Origin: Kiritimatiellia bacterium
GTDB lineage: Bacteria > Verrucomicrobiota > Kiritimatiellia > RFP12 > UBA3636
Length of the DNA stretch: 64,000 nt
Reading direction: 5' to 3'
Assembly (NCBI GenBank): GCA_050942875.1
Contig: JBMNOD010000005.1
Coordinates: forward strand, 5,471-69,470
Shown: positions 17,183-28,470 of the stretch, one piece after another
How positions within the stretch are numbered: the stretch's first letter is position 1
Layout of the letters: every line of letters starts with the position of its first letter
Notes under the pieces: generated by a model
Database searches by the model: none
The model's input: the letters and a program-made list of their open reading frames with translations, nothing else
Told to the model about the DNA's origin: nothing
Made by a program: the position numbers and the translations under genes

Positions 17183-17212
17183 GGGTGGGCACGGGATGCC
17201 CGCCCACGGGAG
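17183..17212. repeat. 30-nt palindromic element (copy 2 of 3)
   Basis: gggtgggcacgggatgcccgcccacgggag. Confidence 0.85.
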
Positions 17213-17346
17213 AACCTTGGCTCTAGACAAAGGCGCGGGCGCCGCCGATTGGAGACAGGCTCCGAAGCGCCTCAGAAGCTTGTCGAGTTCGGTCGTGCTT
17301 GCGCGAGGTTTTGTTGCTCTGGTTCAACTTCCCGACAAACTGGAAT

Positions 17347-17883
17347 TTAACGAATGATTTTTTCAAGCCTGAACATCCCGTCTGGGAATTGGTCATCAAT
17401 TCCTTCCATGCCCATTCCTGGATCATTCGGGTCGGGATGATATTTATTGAAGAACTCTACGATGTGAAATCCGCATTTGTTTATATAAAAATGAATGTTA
17501 CGCTGTTCAAAATACGGTGTTGCGGTTTCCCAAACCTTAACTTCTGGACACATTTTTTCAATCTCGCACCAAGCGGCGTAGCCAATACCTTCACTGTGAA
17601 TGTGTGGTGAAACAAAAAGCAAGTCCAAAACGCCTTTTTCTCCATCAACTTTAATCACAACACCGCCAACTTTTTTACCCTCAAGTATAATGCGATAAGC
17701 TTTTCCTTGGTCAATGGACTGCTCGATCGTCTTTCGTGAAATGATTTGACCATCTTCCTCAAAGTGATTGCCTCTACAACCAAACTCCTCCATGGCACCA
17801 TAATTAAAAGCTTCCTGGTTGTCTAAAACGAACTGTTCCCGATCATTTTTTTCCATCGGAAGCAACTGTATGCTTTTTTCCAT
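17347..17883 (-). CDS. GNAT-family N-acetyltransferase (AT-rich, probably acquired)
   Basis: 178 aa with a GNAT core (LLFVSPHIHSEGIGYAAW ... YINKCGFHIVE). Its composition is far more AT-rich than the flanking genes. Confidence 0.7.
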   Translation of the reverse strand: MEKSIQLLPMEKNDREQFVLDNQEAFNYGAMEEFGCRGNHFEEDGQIISRKTIEQSIDQGKAYRIILEGKKVGGVVIKVDGEKGVLDLLFVSPHIHSEGIGYAAWCEIEKMCPEVKVWETATPYFEQRNIHFYINKCGFHIVEFFNKYHPDPNDPGMGMEGIDDQFPDGMFRLEKIIR

Positions 17884-18023
17884 TTCATAACTCCTACAAA
17901 TTTCAATTTGTCGTTCGCTTTACCTGTGCAAATCATACCATAAAACTTGTGAACAATTCTACTGCAACTTTGGCAAGATGGTAGTGCTTATTCTATTGCA
18001 ATTTTATACCATAAAGGTATATA

Positions 18024-18110
18024 ATGGGCGGCATGAAGTTTGAGTTCGATCCCAAGAAAAGCGAGAGCAACCGAGTCAAACACGGAATTGACTTCATGCA
18101 GGCGCAGTGA
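18024..18110 (+). pseudogene. brnT: Truncated brnT (DUF497) toxin stub, 28 codons
   Basis: MGGMKFEFDPKKSESNRVKHGIDFMQAQ* matches only the N-terminus of BrnT-type toxins (MKFEWD..K...N..KHG..F). The stop is 3 nt before the brnA ATG. Confidence 0.6.
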
Positions 18111-18113
18111 GTT

Positions 18114-18356
18114 ATGAAAGCTGAGGCTTTTGACAAAGCGTTCGACAACGGTGAAAGCATTGTCGAACATCTTGACTTCTCCAAGGCGACTCGTCCCGGG
18201 AGAGTTCAACGGCGCATCAATGTCGATTTCCCTGAGTGGATGATTCAGTCGCTTGACAAAGAGGCCGAGCGGCTTGGGATTCCTCGTCAGGCCGTCATCA
18301 AGGTGTGGATTTCGGATCGCATTCGGGAAAACGAAGCGATTTACGATGCGGATTGA
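18114..18356 (+). CDS. brnA: BrnA / CopG-family antitoxin
   Basis: 80 aa. DFSKATRPGRVQRRINVDFPEWMIQSLDKEAERLGIPRQAVIKVW is the typical BrnT-partner ribbon-helix-helix antitoxin pattern. Confidence 0.7.
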   Translation: MKAEAFDKAFDNGESIVEHLDFSKATRPGRVQRRINVDFPEWMIQSLDKEAERLGIPRQAVIKVWISDRIRENEAIYDAD

Positions 18357-18483
18357 GCAAGTGCGTTTCGCAGGTCGAGTTGTAGCATCGATGGGTCGAA
18401 TCAGGCTTTGCACAATGCAATCGCAAGCTTGCGGCTGTGAACGCCCATGTTCACCGGAGAAGAAGATGAATAACAACATCCAT

Positions 18484-18513
18484 GGGTGGGCACGGGGTGC
18501 CCACCCACGGGAG
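18484..18513. repeat. 30-nt palindromic element (copy 3 of 3), perfect 10-bp stem
   Basis: gggtgggcac ggg gtgcccaccc acgggag. Confidence 0.85.
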
Positions 18514-18522
18514 CCTGAACAA

Positions 18523-18536
18523 CTAGTCGCTAGCCG

Positions 18537-18540
<4 letters not shown>
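18523..18540. repeat. Three CTAG at strict 7-nt period (18523, 18530, 18537)
   Basis: ctagtcgctagccgctag. The last unit is the purL stop codon. Confidence 0.9.
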
Positions 18541-22406
<3,866 letters not shown>

Positions 22407-22454
22407 GGCTCGATTTCGCAAGGTTGGCGAAAGTGCGTCAAAAAGATGTTTGGG

Positions 22455-22483
22455 ATTATAGAACAAACGGGGGGAGGGTTCAA
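22455..22483 (-). promoter_or_regulatory. Sigma-70-type promoter TTGAAC-17-TATAAT for purL
   Basis: On the minus strand, TTGAAC lies at 22483-22478, then a 17-nt spacer, then TATAAT at 22460-22455. It is ~50 nt upstream of the purL ATG. Confidence 0.55.
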
Positions 22484-22488
22484 GCGGG

Positions 22489-22665
22489 CAATCGGGCGGC
22501 GATGGGCGCGTGCCCATCGCCGCCCGATTGAGTCGCTGTCGCTATGTGCCGGAAGGCAGCTTTATCGCAAGAGCTTTGTCGAGTCGCCTGTTTCTTCCAG
22601 GGCCACTTTGTCGCGATCTTTGTCGAACCTAAAGCCCTGCGTCCCAAACCACTAGCCACTAACGA
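22489..22665 (-). repeat. Composite element homologous to 234-379 (inverted): 19-bp perfect palindrome, CGACAAAG boxes, CTAG/heptamer tail
   Basis: Palindrome caatcgggcggcgatgggc-gcgt-gcccatcgccgcccgattg (22489-22530). ctttgtcg/ctttatcg boxes lie at 22560, 22574, 22606 and 22618. CTAG/CTAA lie at 22652 and 22659, followed by cgaccag cgactgg cgactgg. Confidence 0.85.
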
Positions 22666-22684
22666 CCAGCGACTGGCGACTGGT

Positions 22685-22740
22685 AATCGGTCAAGCCAAT
22701 CCATGATCGAAGGTTGCCCGACATCTTCGACTGACCGATT
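22685..22740. mobile_element. 56-nt MITE-like element (copy 1), terminal inverted repeat AATCGGTCA/TGACCGATT
   Basis: aatcggtcaagccaatccatgatcgaaggttgcccgacatcttcgactgaccgatt. By hand alignment it is 53/56 identical to the reverse complement of 46962-47017. Confidence 0.75.
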
Positions 22741-22792
22741 ACATGGATTGAAACTTGAAATTTGGCGCAAGGCAGGCTAAACTCTTGAATCC

Positions 22793-23599
22793 ATGACCGA
22801 ATCACCAACAGAGACCGACGGCGGGGGCGTTCCTCCGTTTCCCGAGACGGCCGACATCGAGACGTCGAACGACGACTATGCCACGCGATTCCGCGGCAAG
22901 GTCGGCGCGTGGATGCTGGGCATGCAGGAGCGGGGCGTGCTGAAGCTGCTGGCCGGCGCGGCGCCGGCCGGGGCGTCGGTGCTCGACGTCGGCGGCGGCC
23001 ACGGCCAGCTCGCCGAACCGCTCTGCCGCGAGGGCTACCGCGTCCACGTGATCGGCAGCGCGCCGTCGTGCCGGCACCGCATCCAGGGGCTGGTCGATTC
23101 CGGCGCCTGCACGTTCGAGGTGGGCAACGTGATCGCGCTGCCCTGTCCCGACCGAAGCTTCGACGCCGTCGTGGCCGTTCGGATGCTGACGCATTGCGAG
23201 CGCTGGGAGCGGCTCGTCGCGGAGATGTGCCGCGTCTCGCGCGGGCCGGTGATCACCGACTACCCGACTGGGCAGAGTCTCAACGCCGCCGCGCCGGCGC
23301 TTTTCAACGCGAAGAAGAAGTACGAGAAGAACACGCGCACGTGGCGGCTCTTCCGGCACGAGGAGGTGCGCCGCGCGTTCGCGCAGGTCGGTTTCGAGGA
23401 GACGGGGCGCTTCGCCCAGTTCTTCCTGCCGATGGTGGTGCATCGGGTCTTGAAGTGCCGGGCGCTTTCGGCCGCCATGGAGGGGCTTTGCCGCGCGCTG
23501 GGCCTCACGCGGCTGTGGGGGACGCCGGTCATTGTGCGCATGGCTCGCGCATCGAACGACTTGAGTGAAGACAATCACGAACAGGAGACGGTGAAATGA
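22793..23599 (+). CDS. Class I SAM-dependent methyltransferase
   Basis: Motif I VLDVGGGHGQLA, 268 aa, overlaps the next gene by 4 nt. Confidence 0.7.
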   Translation: MTESPTETDGGGVPPFPETADIETSNDDYATRFRGKVGAWMLGMQERGVLKLLAGAAPAGASVLDVGGGHGQLAEPLCREGYRVHVIGSAPSCRHRIQGLVDSGACTFEVGNVIALPCPDRSFDAVVAVRMLTHCERWERLVAEMCRVSRGPVITDYPTGQSLNAAAPALFNAKKKYEKNTRTWRLFRHEEVRRAFAQVGFEETGRFAQFFLPMVVHRVLKCRALSAAMEGLCRALGLTRLWGTPVIVRMARASNDLSEDNHEQETVK

Positions 23600-24597
23600 A
23601 GATTCTCATCACAGGCGGCACGGGGTTCACGGGCAGCCATTTGGTCAAGCACGTGCTGCGCGAAGGCAACAAGGCCGTCGTGCTCGACAACCAGGAGGGG
23701 ATCATGCTCGACGAGCTGAAGAAGCTCGGCGCCGAGGTGATCCTCGGCTCGGTCACGGATCCCGCCGTGCTGAAGAAGGCGGTCGAGGGCTGCGATGCGG
23801 TCTACCACCTCGCGGCGGCCTTCCGCAAGATCAACGTGCCGAAGTCCGAGTACGACAACACGAACATCAACGCCATGAGCTCCTTGCTGGAGATCTGCCA
23901 GGAGGCGGGCGTGAAGAAGGTGGTCTATTGCAGCACGCAGGGCGTCCATGGCAACATCGAGAGCCTGGCCCAGGACCCGCCGGTCCCCGGCGACGAGAAT
24001 TCGCCGATCAAGCCCGAGGACTACTACCAGTACACGAAGCACGAGGGCGAGAAGGTGGCGCATGTCTTCATGGAGAAGGGCATGGACATCACCATTCTCC
24101 GTCCGACCGCGCTCTACGGGCCGGGCGACCCCGGTCGCTTCCTGATGCTCTACCGGCAGGTGAAGAAGGGCTGGTTCCCGTTCTTCGGCCCCGGGACGGC
24201 GTTCTACCATCCCGTCTACGTGGAGAATTTCTGCGACGCCTTCACGCTGGCGATGCAGCGTCCCGAGTCGAAGGGGCAGACGTACATCATCGCCGACGAC
24301 GAGTACTTCCACATCAAGGAGATCGTGCAGAAGATCGCCGACATCATGGGCGTGAAGTGCCGCATGATCCACCTGCCGTTCCATCCGATGTACTGGCTTT
24401 CGTTCGTGGTGGCGGGGATCTTCAAGCTGCTGCCCTTCGAGCCGCCGCTGTTCCCGCGCCGCGTGGACTGGTACCGCCAGAACCGCGGCTTCAAGATCGA
24501 CAAGGCGCGCCGCGAACTCGGCTACGAGCCGAAGGTCGGTCTCGACGAGGGGCTGCGCATCACGTATGAATGGTACAAGGAGAACGGCTATCTGTAG
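23596..24597 (+). CDS. NAD-dependent epimerase/dehydratase (SDR family)
   Basis: [16 protein letters not shown] Rossmann motif and a YxxxK-type catalytic region (YQYTKHEGE). Confidence 0.8.
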   Translation: MKILITGGTGFTGSHLVKHVLREGNKAVVLDNQEGIMLDELKKLGAEVILGSVTDPAVLKKAVEGCDAVYHLAAAFRKINVPKSEYDNTNINAMSSLLEICQEAGVKKVVYCSTQGVHGNIESLAQDPPVPGDENSPIKPEDYYQYTKHEGEKVAHVFMEKGMDITILRPTALYGPGDPGRFLMLYRQVKKGWFPFFGPGTAFYHPVYVENFCDAFTLAMQRPESKGQTYIIADDEYFHIKEIVQKIADIMGVKCRMIHLPFHPMYWLSFVVAGIFKLLPFEPPLFPRRVDWYRQNRGFKIDKARRELGYEPKVGLDEGLRITYEWYKENGYL

Positions 24598-24628
24598 CCT
24601 GCGCTTGTTGCGCCAAAGGAGGTTTGCC

Positions 24629-25867
24629 ATGCCGCATCGCATTGGGTTGAAGCTGACGATTTCGCTGGTGGTTTCCGGGTGTGTGACGCACCTTCTGGTT
24701 GGCGGCGCCCTTGCAGCGACACGACAGCCACGCGCCCCCGAGTGGCGTCATTCCGAGTTTGCCGGCACGTTCTACCGGGCTGTCGATCCGGGCAAGGGCG
24801 ATCTGGCGATGTCGCCTTATGGCGCCGCGTCCGTCCTCGCGCTTGCCTACACGGGCGCGACGAACGAGACGGCTCGCGGCATGGCCGCCGCCCTCTGCCT
24901 TGACGACCGCGGCCCTGAGGTGGCCGTCGTGTTCAGGCAGATCAACCGCGCCCTTGTCGCCGCAGGCGCCGACGAGGGGATCAAGCTCGCCACAAGCCAT
25001 TCGCTCTGGCCTCGCGTCGGGCTGACGCTCAAGCAGGCGTTCATCGACACCGCGCAACGAGGTTTCGATGCCGACGTGATTCCCATTTCGATGGATGAAA
25101 CGGGGCGAGAACGCCTCAATGGCTTTGTAAAGGAAAAGACCGCCGGGATGATTCCCGAACTTGTTCCGCCGCCGATCCCGGCGGACACCGAGCTGATCCT
25201 CGTCAACACGCTTTATTTCAAGGCCCGGTGGCTTGAAGAGTTCAAGCCCCACGAGACGCGGACGCAGACGTTCCATGCGCCTGGCGGCGATGTCGAGGCG
25301 CCGTTCATGCGGCGCACGGGCGCCTACCGCATCGCCCAGGGCTCGGGCTATGCGGCGCTCTACCTGCCTTACTGGCGCGAGACGGCCGAGATGGTCGTGC
25401 TGCTGCCCGACACGGCGGAGGGACTGGCTGCGCTGGAGAAGCGCCTTGGACGTGGGTTGCTTCAAGAAGCGGACCGCACGGCGGCGTTGAAGCAGGTGGG
25501 CGTGGCGCTGCCGAAGTTCAGCGTCAAGAGCGCGCTCAATCTCAACGAACCGCTCATCGAGCTCGGCATGGGGACCGCCTTTTCGGATCAGGCGGAGTTT
25601 CCGGGGATTGCGTCTGACGTCCGGCTGCGGATCAGTCGCGTCTTGCAGGAGGTTCGCGTGGATGTCGATGAAGCGGGCACGGAGGCGGCGGCGGCGACGG
25701 CTGTGATGATGATGCGCCTCTCGCTCCCGCCACCGCCGGAGGTGGAGTTTGTGGCGGATCGTCCGTTCCTTTTCCTCATCCGCGAACGCACGACGAATGT
25801 GATCCTCTTCATGGGGCGTGTGGAGCGACCGACGCTCGCGCCAAGAGGTGCCGACGATGTGCGCTGA
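24629..25867 (+). CDS. Serpin (serine protease inhibitor), probable lipoprotein
   Basis: ATG 24629 is preceded by AAGGAGG (24616-24622). It has a lipobox-like VVSGC, the serpin hinge [11 protein letters not shown], and the C-terminal [13 protein letters not shown]. Confidence 0.8.
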   Translation: MPHRIGLKLTISLVVSGCVTHLLVGGALAATRQPRAPEWRHSEFAGTFYRAVDPGKGDLAMSPYGAASVLALAYTGATNETARGMAAALCLDDRGPEVAVVFRQINRALVAAGADEGIKLATSHSLWPRVGLTLKQAFIDTAQRGFDADVIPISMDETGRERLNGFVKEKTAGMIPELVPPPIPADTELILVNTLYFKARWLEEFKPHETRTQTFHAPGGDVEAPFMRRTGAYRIAQGSGYAALYLPYWRETAEMVVLLPDTAEGLAALEKRLGRGLLQEADRTAALKQVGVALPKFSVKSALNLNEPLIELGMGTAFSDQAEFPGIASDVRLRISRVLQEVRVDVDEAGTEAAAATAVMMMRLSLPPPPEVEFVADRPFLFLIRERTTNVILFMGRVERPTLAPRGADDVR

Positions 25868-25868
25868 C

Positions 25869-26123
25869 ATGGATCGACGCGTGGGTTTCGTGGGCATTCT
25901 CGTTGAGGATCGCGAGCGCAGCGCGGTTGCGGTGAATGCGGCCATTTCCGAGATGGCGCACATTCTCGTGGCGCGCGTCGGCATCCCGTATCGCGAGCGC
26001 AATCTTTCGGTGATCACGCTTGTGGTCGATGCGACCACGGATGAAATCGGCGCGTTGACGGGCAAACTCGGGCGCATACCCGGCGTGTCGGTCAAGTCCG
26101 GCCTCACTCGCCCGACGGGCTAG
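25869..26123 (+). CDS. TM1266-family small ACT/NikR-C-like protein (annotated elsewhere as iron-only hydrogenase system regulator)
   Basis: MDRRVGFVGILVEDRERSAVAVNAAISEMAHILVARVGIPYRERNLSVITLVVDATTDEIGALTGKLGRIPGVSVK matches the family pattern as I recall it. The start is 1 nt after the serpin stop. Confidence 0.5.
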   Translation: MDRRVGFVGILVEDRERSAVAVNAAISEMAHILVARVGIPYRERNLSVITLVVDATTDEIGALTGKLGRIPGVSVKSGLTRPTG

Positions 26124-26175
26124 TGCATTTTATTCTGTTTCCCATTAGAACGCTGTTGGCTCAGGAGCACAGACA

Positions 26176-27312
26176 ATGAAGAACAATGACATCGCCCCGA
26201 TCCGCCCCCCTTGGGGCGGCACCATGACAGGTCGCGAACGCTTCAACCGCCAGATGAACTTCCAGTCGGTGGACCGCACCTTCAACATGGAGTTCGGCTA
26301 CTGGAACGAGAACTTCACCGAGTGGGACATTTTCCGGGAGAACGGCATCGCCAACAACGCGGAGGCCGACCGCTTCTTTTCGTTCGACCGCATCGAGGGC
26401 GTCGGCCCGAAATTCGGCGGTTGGATGCATCCGCCCTTTGAGCATCGCATCGTCGAGCGCCGCGGCGACACCAACATTCTGATCAACGGCGACGGCCTGC
26501 TCGCCGAAGTCCCCGCCGACGGGCACGACACGATTCCCCGCTACCTCAAGTCCAGCATCGTCACCCCCGACGACTGGAAGCGGTGCAAAGAGGAGCGCTT
26601 CCGGCGCGACGACCCGGATCGCCGCATCGACGTGGAGGCCCTCCGCCTGCGCCATCCCGACGATCGCGACTACCCCCTTGGCGTCCATTGCGGCTCCATG
26701 ATCGGCAAGATCCGGGACATGCTCACGTTCGAGGGGCTGGCCTATGCCGTGTACGACTACCCCGAGATGGTCGAGGACATGGTCGAGACCTGCTGTCAGC
26801 TTGTCGAGGACGGTCTCGACCAGCTCTTGCCCGCCCTCCGCTTCGACTACGCCTCGGGCTGGGAGGACATCTGCTTCAAGAACGGCCCCATCGTCTCCAT
26901 CGACTTCTTCCGCGACGTCGTCATGCCCCGCTACAAGCGCATCCGCCGCAAGCTCGATCAGCATGGCGTGGGCCTTTGGTACACGGACTGCGACGGCGAC
27001 GTGCGCCCCATCCTCCCGTACCTGATGGAAGGCGGCATCAACTGCCTTTTCCCCTTCGAGGTGATGGGCTGCGCCCATCCCGGCGAACTCCTCGACGCCA
27101 ACCCCGAGCTGCGCATCATGGGCGGCGTTGATAAAATCCAGCTTGGTGCCGGGCGCGACGCCATCCGCAAGTATCTCGACACGCTCGTCCCCTACGTCGA
27201 GCGCGGCGGCTACATTCCTTTCTGCGACCACCGTTGTCCGCCCAACGTCCCGCCGGCGGACTACCTTTTCTACCTCGACCTCAAGCGCCAGATGTTCGGG
27301 GGAGGCTTTTGA
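26176..27312 (+). CDS. Uroporphyrinogen-decarboxylase (URO-D)-like family protein
   Basis: 378 aa with TIM-barrel URO-D/MtaA-like features (GWEDICFKNGPIVS, FFRDVVMPRYKRI, YTDCDGDV, INCLFPFE). Confidence 0.6.
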   Translation: MKNNDIAPIRPPWGGTMTGRERFNRQMNFQSVDRTFNMEFGYWNENFTEWDIFRENGIANNAEADRFFSFDRIEGVGPKFGGWMHPPFEHRIVERRGDTNILINGDGLLAEVPADGHDTIPRYLKSSIVTPDDWKRCKEERFRRDDPDRRIDVEALRLRHPDDRDYPLGVHCGSMIGKIRDMLTFEGLAYAVYDYPEMVEDMVETCCQLVEDGLDQLLPALRFDYASGWEDICFKNGPIVSIDFFRDVVMPRYKRIRRKLDQHGVGLWYTDCDGDVRPILPYLMEGGINCLFPFEVMGCAHPGELLDANPELRIMGGVDKIQLGAGRDAIRKYLDTLVPYVERGGYIPFCDHRCPPNVPPADYLFYLDLKRQMFGGGF

Positions 27313-27329
27313 TCAGCCCCGAAACGGCC

Positions 27330-27359
27330 TTGACACCCGATCTTGTCATGGGGTAATGT
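27330..27359 (+). promoter_or_regulatory. Candidate promoter TTGACA-18-TAATGT
   Basis: ttgaca at 27330-27335 and taatgt at 27354-27359, upstream of the LamG gene. Confidence 0.4.
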
Positions 27360-27441
27360 GTTGCATGCACGTTTGTCTGGCTTGACGTTCCGCTCTCCGA
27401 TTCCGTATCCGTGGAACGGAACAAAAAGAAAGGTGGCATGA

Positions 27442-28296
27442 ATGAAGACTCTTGCGACATTGCTCCTGCTGTTCACCTCCGTCCTGGCGCAGGCCGGAAC
27501 CCTCGCCTACTGGCGCATGGGCGACGATACGAGCAGCGTTCACGACTCCTCTGGAAACGGGCTGGCCCTGACCAAGTACGCGAAAGGGAACTTGCCCGAA
27601 GATTCCAACCTGCCCTACGATGGCGCTGTCGTGGCTTTCCATGGCGCCGGCGCTGCGTTCAGCCGCACGATTCCGCTCACGGGAGCCACGAACGCGCTGG
27701 CGATCATGAATTACAACTCCTCCTATCTGTACGTGGCCGATCCCTTCACCGTGACGAACTTCACGGTCGAAGCATACTTCTGCCCCTATGCCTATAAGAC
27801 CTCGACGCAGTACATTGCTTCGCATTACACCGTTGAAGGATCCCAGCGCAGCTGGGCTTTGGGCTTTGCGGCGTCAGGCGGCACGCCGCCTGCGGGCCCC
27901 AACGAAATGTTTGTCTTGCTCAGCGAGACAGGCGCTTCAAATCCCGTCATACCCCTGGGACTGGTCGTGACCAACGGCGTGGACTACTACATTGCGTTCA
28001 GCTACGACGCCGACGCCGCGGAGGACGACATCACGTTCCGCTACTGCGACCTGACGAACGGAGGGTCGCTTCAGACGGTGACGGCGACCTCCGGTTATGG
28101 GGTGCTGAAGGATTCCACGTCGCCTCTCCGCATCGGAAGCTACGACGGAAACAAGAACAATTTCTCCGGTCTGATCGACGAAGTGCGGATCTCGGATCGC
28201 GTCCTCGGCGTTCGCGAGCTGCTCATCTCGTGGCCGATACCAACCAACACCGTCTTGACCGTGCGCCAGCCGGTCGACACGCTGCAGCTCGAGTAG
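27442..28296 (+). CDS. Secreted LamG / concanavalin-A-like lectin domain protein
   Basis: Signal peptide MKTLATLLLLFTSVLAQA. The pattern HDSSGNGL ... NNFSGLIDEVRISDRVL is typical of LamG domains. Confidence 0.7.
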   Translation: MKTLATLLLLFTSVLAQAGTLAYWRMGDDTSSVHDSSGNGLALTKYAKGNLPEDSNLPYDGAVVAFHGAGAAFSRTIPLTGATNALAIMNYNSSYLYVADPFTVTNFTVEAYFCPYAYKTSTQYIASHYTVEGSQRSWALGFAASGGTPPAGPNEMFVLLSETGASNPVIPLGLVVTNGVDYYIAFSYDADAAEDDITFRYCDLTNGGSLQTVTATSGYGVLKDSTSPLRIGSYDGNKNNFSGLIDEVRISDRVLGVRELLISWPIPTNTVLTVRQPVDTLQLE

Positions 28297-28470
28297 CTGG
28301 AGATCGGCGTCGATGCGAGGAGACACCAAAATAGAAATAGTGACATTGCCAATCGGCCCCTGGCCGTTAACTGCTGTTTCGTGTATAATGGCAACCTCAA
28401 GCGGCCTAAAGGTTTGACAGGGCCGGATCGGTCTGGATCTACGAATTTCTTCAGCACACACAGGAAAACC

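Noticed and set aside
17183-18513. Interpreting the 30-nt palindromes as integron attC sites and the AT-rich segment as integron cassettes.
   Set aside because: There is no intI gene or attI in the window. The palindromes lack the RYYYAAC/GTTRRRY core sites and the usual extrahelical-base asymmetry, and the two genes are divergent rather than co-oriented. I keep it only as a loose analogy.
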